From PVC group bacterium (GTDB lineage Bacteria > GCA-001730085 > JADFSZ01), in the NCBI GenBank assembly GCA_022560555.1, contig JADFSZ010000013.1, forward strand, positions 1-16,636: a stretch of DNA of 16,636 nucleotides, in the 5' to 3' direction. Shown here in pieces: positions 1-6,496 of the stretch. Below the pieces are notes generated by a model that was given only the letters and a program-made list of their open reading frames with translations, had not been told where the DNA came from and did not search any database. The number at the start of each line of letters is the position of its first letter. The first letter of the stretch is position 1. Position numbers and translations under genes: made by a program.

Positions 1-1
1 G

Positions 2-112
2 TTTACATACAGCTATAGAAACTTTGTAGATCCGAGTGGAATTTTACCATCCTACGCTCAATTTATATTTGCGAATGGCATAACAGAATCTGAAATGTAT
101 GGCGTAAGATAA
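2..112 (+). CDS. 3' end of an unidentified ORF that enters from the left window edge (FTYSYRNFVDPSGILPSYAQFIFANGITESEMYGVR*)
   Basis: Frame 2 is open from the window edge to TAA at 110-112. It is co-directional with the two following accessory genes. No family recognised. Confidence 0.3.
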   Translation, partial: FTYSYRNFVDPSGILPSYAQFIFANGITESEMYGVR

Positions 113-173
113 CAAAGAGTATAACAAGCCCAGAAAACCGTACAATGCAGGGTTGGAATAATAAAGAAAGGAG

Positions 174-602
174 ATGGCCCCGGTGGAAAGTAATGACAGA
201 AAAGAACAATTTATTGAAATGAGAGCAAAAGGGATAAGCTATGACAAGATTTCCAGGGCCCTAGCTGTATCTAAGCCCACTCTTGTGAGATGGAGTAAAG
301 GTTTATCACAAACCATTAAGAATATGAAAGCCATCGAATTAGAGGTGCTGCTTGAAAAATATTATGCTACCAAAGTGAAAAGGATTGAACTCTTTGGAGA
401 GAAATTAAAGTGTATCAAAGACGAATTGGATAAAAGGGAATTGTCAGAGGTCTCTACAGAGAAGCTTTTTGAATTATACGTTAGATTTATCGAAATTCTC
501 AAGAAAGAGGTAGTAGATGTAGTATTTAGCGCGGAAAGTGACGTCATCGAGATGGTACATAAAATGAGTCAAGAAATAAATACTGAAACCTGGGGTGGAT
601 GA
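174..602 (+). CDS. Helix-turn-helix DNA-binding protein with a coiled-coil-like C-terminal half; mobile-element-type regulator or small-terminase-like
   Basis: 142-aa ORF. The N-terminus RKEQFIEMRAKGISYDKISRALAVSKPTLVRWSK resembles resolvase/transposase-type HTH. The rest is K/E/L-rich and probably helical. AAAGGAG lies immediately upstream of the ATG, which is unusually short spacing. Confidence 0.55.
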   Translation: MAPVESNDRKEQFIEMRAKGISYDKISRALAVSKPTLVRWSKGLSQTIKNMKAIELEVLLEKYYATKVKRIELFGEKLKCIKDELDKRELSEVSTEKLFELYVRFIEILKKEVVDVVFSAESDVIEMVHKMSQEINTETWGG

Positions 603-626
603 TAACAAAAGTTAACCGTTTTGTTA
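603..626. repeat. Perfect 8-bp inverted repeat TAACAAAA-N8-TTTTGTTA between the HTH gene and the excisionase-like gene
   Basis: TAACAAAA (603-610) and TTTTGTTA (619-626) are exact reverse complements. The loop gttaaccg contains the palindrome GTTAAC. No T-tract follows, so it looks more like an operator than a terminator. Confidence 0.4.
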
Positions 627-657
627 CCACTTTAGCAATGGAGGAGTAGATTGCCTG

Positions 658-840
658 ATGGAGAAGCGCTATATAAGTTCACAAGAGTTATCTGATTTTA
701 TTGGAGTTAAACCTCAAACCCTTCGAAAATGGGTCTGCTATCGTAAGATTCCTTTTTTCAAAGTAGGAAGAATGGTCAAGTTTGACCTCCGAGAAATAGA
801 GAAATGGATGGAGAAAAAACGCAGAAAAGCTCTATATTGA
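658..840 (+). CDS. Excisionase / AlpA-family (HTH_17-type) DNA-binding protein
   Basis: 60-aa ORF. YISSQELSDFIGVKPQTLRKWVCYRKIPFFKVGRMVKFDLREIEKWM fits the excisionase-family winged-HTH pattern. GGAGGAG (641-647) lies 10 nt upstream of the ATG. Confidence 0.75.
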   Translation: MEKRYISSQELSDFIGVKPQTLRKWVCYRKIPFFKVGRMVKFDLREIEKWMEKKRRKALY

Positions 841-904
841 CAACTACCCAAAACTATAGTAATGTATAGAACATGGCTTTGAAGAAAGGGATTCTTCGAT
901 AATC

Positions 905-943
905 AAAATCAAAATAAAACCCATCTTGAGAAAAGACGGGTTT
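905..943 (-). terminator. Intrinsic terminator forming the expression platform of the cobalamin riboswitch
   Basis: Minus-strand RNA reads ACCCGUCUU-uucuc-AAGAUGGGU followed by UUUUAUUUUGAUUUUG. The stem is 9 bp. Its one non-Watson-Crick position is a G.U wobble on the minus strand but an A.C mismatch on the plus strand, which favours minus-strand function. Confidence 0.75.
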
Positions 944-999
944 AAGAGATCAATAACCTAGAGCCATGTCCCCTATCCTCGAGGGTCAAGCGTGTTTAC

Positions 1000-1144
1000 T
1001 CGCTAGCAGGCTTTCTGGCTCACGGCTTATCTACTCGCCCTGCCTTCCCACCCCAAATCTTCGGAGCAGTGGCTCTTTGGCTTTCGTATCCGTTTACAGC
1101 AGCGGGTCTGCACCTGATTTTCACAGGTTTTCCTACACTAACGA
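1000..1144 (-). promoter_or_regulatory. Cobalamin (B12) riboswitch aptamer
   Basis: Minus-strand RNA reads UCGUUAGU GUAGGAAAACCUGUGAAAAUCAGGUGCAGACCCGCUGCUGUAAACGG ... GCCACUGCUCCGAAGAUUUGGGGUGGGAAGGC ... GAGCCAGAAAGCCUGCUAGCGA. This matches the conserved cobalamin riboswitch core as seen in the E. coli btuB leader: GGAA..CC.GUG..AAUC.GG..GAC.CGC.GC.GUAA, then CACUG...GGUGGGAAG, then the B12 box GCC.GAA.(A/G)CCUGC. P1 closes 1144-1137 with 1007-1000 (8 bp, two of them G.U). Confidence 0.88.
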
Positions 1145-1181
1145 AATGACTGTTTACAAAGAACGAAATTTAACAGCATCC

Positions 1182-1211
1182 AAAATAGCACGTCTTCAGA
1201 TAATTTGTCAA
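1182..1211 (-). promoter_or_regulatory. Predicted sigma70-type promoter for the riboswitch transcript
   Basis: On the minus strand: -35 TTGACA (1211-1206), an 18-nt spacer ending in an extended-10 TGc, then -10 TATTTT (1187-1182). The predicted TSS near 1177 is about 33 nt upstream of P1. Confidence 0.5.
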
Positions 1212-1230
1212 TGGCTTATTTTTCGCCTCT

Positions 1231-1258
1231 TTTACAGAAGGTTCCTTTTATGTATAAT
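1231..1258 (+). promoter_or_regulatory. Predicted sigma70-type promoter for the adenosyltransferase gene, divergent from the riboswitch promoter
   Basis: -35 TTTACA (1231-1236), 16-nt spacer, -10 TATAAT (1253-1258). GGAAG (1277-1281) lies 5 nt before the ATG at 1287. Confidence 0.5.
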
Positions 1259-1286
1259 ACACCGATTCATATCCACGGAAGAATTT

Positions 1287-1892
1287 ATGTCGCTACATAT
1301 TCATCGGGTATATACAAAAATCGGAGATGACGGATTAACACAACTTATGGGATCTCCCCGCGTTCCAAAGCATTCGCTTCCCATCGAATGCCTCGGGGCC
1401 TGTGACGAACTATGCGCTTTTATCGCCATGATTTCGATTCATTTAAAAGCTGTGAAAACGAAAAAGGTGTTTTCCGGGCAGATTATAAAACTGCTCACCC
1501 AAATCCAAAATGATGTGTTTGACATCGGGTACATCGTCACACACTCGAAACTTTCAGCCCATGATGCCCAATCCGTTTTTCCAACAAATAAAGTGGATCT
1601 TCTCGAAAAATGGCTGGACACGTGGTCTTCAGAACTCCCGCCTTTGATGTCTTTTATACTGGGCGGAGGAGGTATTCTTTCAGGTTCAACACACGTAGCG
1701 CGTACTATCTGCAGAAAAACAGAGAGGCTGTTCTGGGCCTATCAAAAAAAGAGGCGCTTGCCTTTGAGCTGTCTCAAATACCTTAATCGCTTATCGGATT
1801 TTTTGTTTGTGCTTGCCCGGAAATTGGCTTTCACATTCCACGAAAACGAAACCCTTTGGAATATCCCGAAAATCCCGCACCGAAAAAAATAA
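1287..1892 (+). CDS. pduO: PduO-type ATP:cob(I)alamin adenosyltransferase
   Basis: From the internal Met108 of ORF 966..1892 the protein reads MSLHIHRVYTKIGDDGLTQL...FILGGGG...HVARTICRKTERL...YLNRLSDFLFVLAR. This matches the PduO-family pattern YTKxGDxGxT / FILPGG / ARTVCRRAER / YLNRLSDYLF. The 5' 321 nt of the track ORF overlap the riboswitch and promoters and are not coding. Confidence 0.85.
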   Translation: MSLHIHRVYTKIGDDGLTQLMGSPRVPKHSLPIECLGACDELCAFIAMISIHLKAVKTKKVFSGQIIKLLTQIQNDVFDIGYIVTHSKLSAHDAQSVFPTNKVDLLEKWLDTWSSELPPLMSFILGGGGILSGSTHVARTICRKTERLFWAYQKKRRLPLSCLKYLNRLSDFLFVLARKLAFTFHENETLWNIPKIPHRKK

Positions 1893-1904
1893 AAAACCAA
1901 AAGC

Positions 1905-2333
1905 TTAAAGAAGATTTTCGACCTTTAGCAGTTTCTTCTTTTTCAAAATCCCGGATGAAAATCCACCGAGATCCCCATCGGATCGAACGACATAGTGACA
2001 CGGAATGAGAATCGGTGTACGGTTTTTGCTCATCACGCGGCCAACCGCGCGCGCGGCTTTCGGAACTCCCCCCTTTACGGCAAGTTCTTTGTAAGATAAG
2101 AGGCGCCCTGTTTTTCGTCTGTAAAGGGCCTTGAGGATCTTTTTTTCGAAAAGGGTGTATCTACCCCAATCAATTGAAACAGAGTTAAAACGCCGCAACC
2201 CCGTATCGCAATATTGAATTAAGGATGCTTTTAGTTTTTTTAAATCTAAATCATCCCTGTTTTCAACTCGCCCTTTTTGAAAATTAATAGAATAAACTTT
2301 TTTAGCCCGCATTTCCAGATGAATCCACCCCAT
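1905..2333 (-). CDS. ogt: Methylated-DNA--protein-cysteine methyltransferase (Ogt/MGMT family)
   Basis: The C-terminal domain reads SYKELAVKGGVPKAARAVGRVMSKNRTPILIPCHYVVRSDGDLGGFSSG, with the active-site PCH motif. The start is moved to Met44 (ATG 2333-2331), just downstream of the tgt stop; Met51 at 2312 is an alternative. The longer track ORF would overlap tgt. Confidence 0.8.
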   Translation of the reverse strand: MGWIHLEMRAKKVYSINFQKGRVENRDDLDLKKLKASLIQYCDTGLRRFNSVSIDWGRYTLFEKKILKALYRRKTGRLLSYKELAVKGGVPKAARAVGRVMSKNRTPILIPCHYVVRSDGDLGGFSSGILKKKKLLKVENLL

Positions 2334-2349
2334 ATTTTTCGAATAAATA

Positions 2350-3504
2350 TTATCGGCTGCGACAAACTTTTTCAGATTTGTTCGACTGATACTCTTTGCA
2401 GAATTCTTTTTTGTAGTTTTCAAATGTGCCCTCCTCAATATGTTCGCGGCATTCCCGCACAAGGTTTAAAACAAAGTGAAGATTATGTATCGAATTTAGA
2501 TGCAATCCCAATATTTCCTGAGCCTGCATCAAATGCCGCAAATACGCCTTTGTAAATTTTTGACATGTAGCGCATGCACACCCCTCTTCTATCGGAGTAA
2601 AATCCTCGATGAATCTAGCGTTTCGAATGTTGATCGGCCCCTGTCTTGTGAAAAGAGACCCATTTCTGGCATTTCTGGTCGGCATCACACAATCAAACAT
2701 ATCAATACCTTCCCCGATCGCTCTCACCAAATCCACGGGTTCTCCGACTCCCATCAGATATCGGGGACGGTCTTCGGGCAAAAGATCAATAAAACTATCC
2801 AACACCCGGTACAATTCATCCCGCTCCTCTCCAACAGATAATCCGCCAATAGCATACCCGGGGAAATCCAAGCTCAACAATTCTTCGGCTGATTCTACCC
2901 GCAAATCAGGAAACATCCCTCCTTGAATAATTCCAAAGAGCATCTGACTGGGGTCTTGCCTTTGCACAAGAAATCGCTCTTTGGAAAGGGCGGCCCAGCG
3001 ATGTGTCCTCTGAAGAGAAATCCGGACTTCTTCTTGGGAGGCATCATGACTCACACATTCATCAAGCGGCATCAGTATATCTGAGCCCAACTGCAGCTGA
3101 AGATCAATCACTTTTGCGGGAGTTAACTCATGTTTGGATCCGTCAATATGTGACTGAAACGTGACACCCAAGTCTGTAATTGATCTAAGACGCGCTAAGC
3201 TAAAAACTTGAAACCCACCGCTGTCCGTTAATATCGGCTTTGGCCAAGCCATAAACTCATGAAGCCCGCCCGCTTTTTGAATGATGTCACACCCGGGCCT
3301 TAAATTGAGATGATAGGTGTTCGATAAAACAATCTCAGTTCCCATCTTCATCAAGTCATCGGGAGACAATGTCTTCACAGTCGCGAGAGTGCCAACAGGC
3401 ATAAAGACGGGAGTTTCGATCAGGCCATGGGCTGTTTGAAGTTCACCGGTACGCGCGCGCGTTTTTGCATCATGGGCCTTACGAATAAATGACATGCCGC
3501 TCAT
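2350..3504 (-). CDS. tgt: tRNA-guanine transglycosylase (queuine tRNA-ribosyltransferase)
   Basis: 384 aa. Motifs: RARTGELQTAHGLIETPVFMPVGT, LTDSGGFQ, MPLDEC, and the zinc site CACATC...H. Length is typical. Confidence 0.95.
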   Translation of the reverse strand: MSGMSFIRKAHDAKTRARTGELQTAHGLIETPVFMPVGTLATVKTLSPDDLMKMGTEIVLSNTYHLNLRPGCDIIQKAGGLHEFMAWPKPILTDSGGFQVFSLARLRSITDLGVTFQSHIDGSKHELTPAKVIDLQLQLGSDILMPLDECVSHDASQEEVRISLQRTHRWAALSKERFLVQRQDPSQMLFGIIQGGMFPDLRVESAEELLSLDFPGYAIGGLSVGEERDELYRVLDSFIDLLPEDRPRYLMGVGEPVDLVRAIGEGIDMFDCVMPTRNARNGSLFTRQGPINIRNARFIEDFTPIEEGCACATCQKFTKAYLRHLMQAQEILGLHLNSIHNLHFVLNLVRECREHIEEGTFENYKKEFCKEYQSNKSEKVCRSR

Positions 3505-3549
3505 TTTACATAAGAGCTTTCGGATTGTACAGGAATAGATAGATGGGAC

Positions 3550-4056
3550 TTAGAAGGCGCCGCTTTTTTTAGTATTGTCCTCGAGAGCCACTTCCAGATT
3601 TCTCCATTGTCCGGAAAGCTCTTCAATACAAAGAACAAGTTGCCGTACTTCAGGATAGAGGGTGTTGACAATTTTTGTTTTTTGATAAATTTCCGGTACG
3701 GACATCTCTTTCATAAGAACGGAGAACTTATTTAGTATTTCTGTTTTTTCTCTCGGAAACACAATCGAGGATTTAATCAAAGCTTCAACAAACTCTTTGA
3801 TCATTTGAGCCAAATGAACTTTTCCGAATCTGTGAAAATATTTAATTGCTTGATCAACACGGTATAGATGGACTCTCTCAATATGTTTCAGGGCATCAAC
3901 TGATATGTCCAAGAATTCACATGTAAAATCTTCAGGTATCAGTTCGGTCTCTTCAGGAATTTTGGCCGGTTTCTTTTTACGGAGGATGGCCAAATACCCT
4001 TTAATCTCTTCGGCCAAATTTTCCATGTATTCAAATTTAAACTTTCTCTTATTCAT
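3550..4056 (-). CDS. Hypothetical protein (168 aa), first gene of the tgt-ogt transcription unit
   Basis: Clean ORF. AAGGAG lies 9 nt upstream of the ATG, and a strong predicted promoter sits about 100 nt upstream. The gap to tgt is 45 nt. No family recognised; the sequence is probably all-helical. Confidence 0.6.
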   Translation of the reverse strand: MNKRKFKFEYMENLAEEIKGYLAILRKKKPAKIPEETELIPEDFTCEFLDISVDALKHIERVHLYRVDQAIKYFHRFGKVHLAQMIKEFVEALIKSSIVFPREKTEILNKFSVLMKEMSVPEIYQKTKIVNTLYPEVRQLVLCIEELSGQWRNLEVALEDNTKKSGAF

Positions 4057-4160
4057 ACCTTTTCACTCCTTTTGTAACAGAGACAATGCGCCGTACAGTT
4101 AAATGCGCAAGAAGCATGCCAAACAATAAATTTGTAAGCACTTAATATTAAATGGGTTAG

Positions 4161-4188
4161 ATTATGACCAAGAATTAGAAAATGTCAA
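4161..4188 (-). promoter_or_regulatory. Predicted sigma70-type promoter for hypothetical-tgt-ogt
   Basis: On the minus strand: -35 TTGACA (4188-4183), 16-nt spacer, -10 CATAAT (4166-4161). Confidence 0.55.
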
Positions 4189-4201
4189 AAATACTTAACA
4201 T

Positions 4202-4219
4202 TGTTACATCTGTGTAACA
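4202..4219. repeat. Palindrome TGTTACA-N4-TGTAACA just upstream of the -35; candidate operator and/or weak moxR terminator hairpin
   Basis: TGTTACA (4202-4208) and TGTAACA (4213-4219) are exact reverse complements. A further TGTAACA copy lies at 4072-4078 beside the RBS of the 168-aa gene, and a near-copy TTTGTAAG lies at 4131-4138. Confidence 0.4.
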
Positions 4220-4249
4220 TTTTTCGATAGGGCCCTATAGTAAATATAT

Positions 4250-5242
4250 TTAAGGTACTTCAATCACGTTGAAGATTTTTTCGATGATATGTTCGCTCGT
4301 CAGATCCTCTGCCTCGGCTTCATACGTAATGATTACACGATGCCTTAGGATATCCATTCCAACCGATTTAACATCATGCGGAGTAACATAGCCGCGTCCG
4401 TTCAAAAAGGCATGGGCCTTGGACGCCAAGGCCAGAGAAATCGTCGCGCGGGGGGATGCCCCGTATTCAATAAAACTCGCGATATCCAGATTATACTGTT
4501 TTGGATCCCTTGTTGCCATCACAATGTCGACAATATAGTTTTCAAGTTTTTCATCCAAGTAGATCTCATTGATAATCTGTCTGGATTTGAGTATAACATC
4601 CGGAGTGACAATCGGCGTTACTTCTGTCTCTTTGTCAACCACAGCCATCCGTTTTAAAATTTCTTTCTCTTCTGCTTTATTGGGATATGTTATCTTCAAC
4701 TTCATCAAAAACCTGTCCACTTGCGCTTCAGGCAAAGGATAGGTCCCCTCCTGTTCAATAGGATTTTGTGTCGCAAATACAAGAAACAATGTATCCAGCT
4801 TTTTGGTTGAGCTTCCCAAGGTGACTTGGCGTTCCTGCATCGCTTCAAGAAGAGCGCTTTGCACTTTCGCGGGCGCGCGATTAATTTCGTCTGCTAAAAT
4901 AATATTTGAAAAAATAGGCCCTTCTTTGACGGAGAAGGTCCCGTCCTTTGGATTATAGATCTGTGTACCAACGATATCGGCCGGAAGTAAATCAGGTGTG
5001 AATTGAATTCTTTGAAATTTAGCTTGAATGGTTTTGGCGAGGGTTGAAATAGTAAGTGTCTTGGCAAGTCCGGGAACACCTTCAATCAAAATATGGCCGT
5101 CTGTCAGAATCCCGATGAGGAGACGTTCAATCACATAACGCTGTCCAACAATAACTTTAGAGATCTCATCCCGTAAGCGCTCAAGGTAAATCCCCTCCGA
5201 TCGAACACGTTCATTTAACGCCTGAATGTCATCATGTCTCAT
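4250..5242 (-). CDS. MoxR-family AAA+ ATPase
   Basis: 330 aa. VIVGQRYVIERLLIGILTDGHILIEGVPGLAKT (Walker A), ILADEINRA (Walker B) and a C-terminal SPRATISLALASKAHAFLNGRGYVTPHDV lid are typical of MoxR/RavA-like ATPases. Confidence 0.9.
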   Translation of the reverse strand: MRHDDIQALNERVRSEGIYLERLRDEISKVIVGQRYVIERLLIGILTDGHILIEGVPGLAKTLTISTLAKTIQAKFQRIQFTPDLLPADIVGTQIYNPKDGTFSVKEGPIFSNIILADEINRAPAKVQSALLEAMQERQVTLGSSTKKLDTLFLVFATQNPIEQEGTYPLPEAQVDRFLMKLKITYPNKAEEKEILKRMAVVDKETEVTPIVTPDVILKSRQIINEIYLDEKLENYIVDIVMATRDPKQYNLDIASFIEYGASPRATISLALASKAHAFLNGRGYVTPHDVKSVGMDILRHRVIITYEAEAEDLTSEHIIEKIFNVIEVP

Positions 5243-5250
5243 ATATCGCC

Positions 5251-5664
5251 TTAAGACTTCTCTGTTCCGATTTTTTCCTTCTTGTCCTTTTTCCTTTTAG
5301 GTTGATTTTTTACACATTGTTTTTCCAGCCACTCAAGAATCACATCTCCTGTGTACTGAATTTCTTTCTGATTCAATTGTCGATTTATTTTAATTTTGTG
5401 CCATTTCTCAAGACATTTCCTACAGCAAGTAGCTGTTGCGTGCTGAGCTTTAAATACGGGATGTCCCGACATGGGTGTCTGCTTTCCGTCATTTTTAATC
5501 ACCGGCGGCGCAATCCGACGCGCTATGAAATCATAGGCATGCTTCTTTATCGTATCAAACCCTCGAACAGAAATATATTCCAAATCTTTTTCATCCAGCT
5601 TAAACTGACTTCTGAAACTTGATTGTGTTAAACGTTTCAATACATCATCGATTTTTTTAGACAT
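5251..5664 (-). CDS. DUF4186-family protein
   Basis: 137 aa. The core NDGKQTPMSGHPVFKAQHATATCCRKCLEKWH matches my recollection of the DUF4186 signature (GHPVFxAQHATATCCRxCLxKWH). Its ATG overlaps the ymdB stop (cATGTCTAA), which suggests translational coupling. Confidence 0.6.
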   Translation of the reverse strand: MSKKIDDVLKRLTQSSFRSQFKLDEKDLEYISVRGFDTIKKHAYDFIARRIAPPVIKNDGKQTPMSGHPVFKAQHATATCCRKCLEKWHKIKINRQLNQKEIQYTGDVILEWLEKQCVKNQPKRKKDKKEKIGTEKS

Positions 5665-6457
5665 GCTCCTCTTTCCCTTCTAGTTGGTAAACAACACGTT
5701 TAATCTCTGTAGCTTTTCCTGTTTTCTCATCAACTTCAACAGAGATTCCGGAAGCTCGCACATCATGAACGGCTACGTCAAATCGCTCCGGCTGCCTGGA
5801 TAAAAATGTCTTTATCACTTTTTCCTTATCACGTCCAATAACCGAATCATAAGGCCCCGTCATCCCGACATCCGTAATATAGGCCGTTCCCTTTGGCAAA
5901 ATCCGTTCATCCGCTGTCGGCACATGTGTGTGTGTTCCAAACATACAGCTGACTTGGCCGTCTAAATACCACCCCATAGCTATTTTCTCTGACGTGGCTT
6001 CAGTATGAAAATCCACAAAAATAATGTTCGTTTCTTTTTGAAGCTGTTTCACAAGTCTGTCCGCTTTTCGAAACGGACAATCCACCGGATTCATAAAAAC
6101 ACGTCCGATCAGATTGATCACACCCACCGATAGGCCGGTACGGGAGGAGACCACAACATGTCCTTGTCCGTGAGTGTCATCCGGATAATTAGCCGGACGC
6201 AGCAGACACGCCTGTTCGTCCAAATACTCTAAAACATCCCTCTTTTTCCATACGTGATCCCCGGTTGTAATCACGTCAATACCGCAGTCCAAAAGTTCTT
6301 CCGTTAACCTTTTCGTGATTCCGGACCCCGCCGCGGCATTTTCCCCGTTGACAATAACAAAATCGAATCCTTCTCTTTCTATAACGCCTCCAAGAACCAC
6401 TTTAAGAATATCGCGTCCGGGACGGCCAACCACATCACCTAATATTAAAGTTTTCAT
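5657..6457 (-). CDS. ymdB: YmdB-family metallophosphoesterase (2',3'-cyclic-nucleotide 2'-phosphodiesterase)
   Basis: 266 aa, collinear with B. subtilis YmdB: LGDVVGRPGR, NGENAAAG, DFHTEATSEK, GTHTHVPTADERILPKGTAYITDVGMTGPYDS. It sits immediately downstream of rny, as in Bacillus. Confidence 0.9.
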   Translation of the reverse strand: MKTLILGDVVGRPGRDILKVVLGGVIEREGFDFVIVNGENAAAGSGITKRLTEELLDCGIDVITTGDHVWKKRDVLEYLDEQACLLRPANYPDDTHGQGHVVVSSRTGLSVGVINLIGRVFMNPVDCPFRKADRLVKQLQKETNIIFVDFHTEATSEKIAMGWYLDGQVSCMFGTHTHVPTADERILPKGTAYITDVGMTGPYDSVIGRDKEKVIKTFLSRQPERFDVAVHDVRASGISVEVDEKTGKATEIKRVVYQLEGKEEHV

Positions 6458-6496
6458 ATCATGAGAGTCCGGATCATAGGTTCATGGTTTTTCGAT

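Noticed and set aside
917-943. The hairpin acting as a plus-strand terminator for the excisionase-like gene
   Set aside because: On the plus strand the stem has an A.C mismatch and is followed only by TTTAAGAG. On the minus strand the same position is a G.U pair and a long U-tract follows. Weak bidirectional activity cannot be excluded.
841-1150. A tRNA or tmRNA gene as the integration target next to the excisionase-like gene
   Set aside because: No cloverleaf or T-loop (GTTCGAATC-like) sequence is present. The structured RNA here is fully explained by the cobalamin riboswitch.
966-1286. N-terminal 107 codons of track ORF 966..1892, which would give a 308-aa protein
   Set aside because: This segment lies antisense over the cobalamin riboswitch and both divergent promoters. 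Its translation is low-complexity (S/L/R-rich). Homology to PduO-type adenosyltransferases begins at the internal ATG at 1287, which has its own RBS.
2334-2462. 5' extension of the ogt ORF (Met1 to Asn43)
   Set aside because: It overlaps the 3' end of tgt by more than 100 nt and adds a basic, low-complexity tail with no MGMT homology. Met44 sits just after the tgt stop.
2277-2926. Plus-strand ORFs 2277..2555, 2500..2841 and 2609..2926
   Set aside because: They lie antisense to tgt and ogt and have no motifs. This is typical opposite-strand open frame over a real gene.
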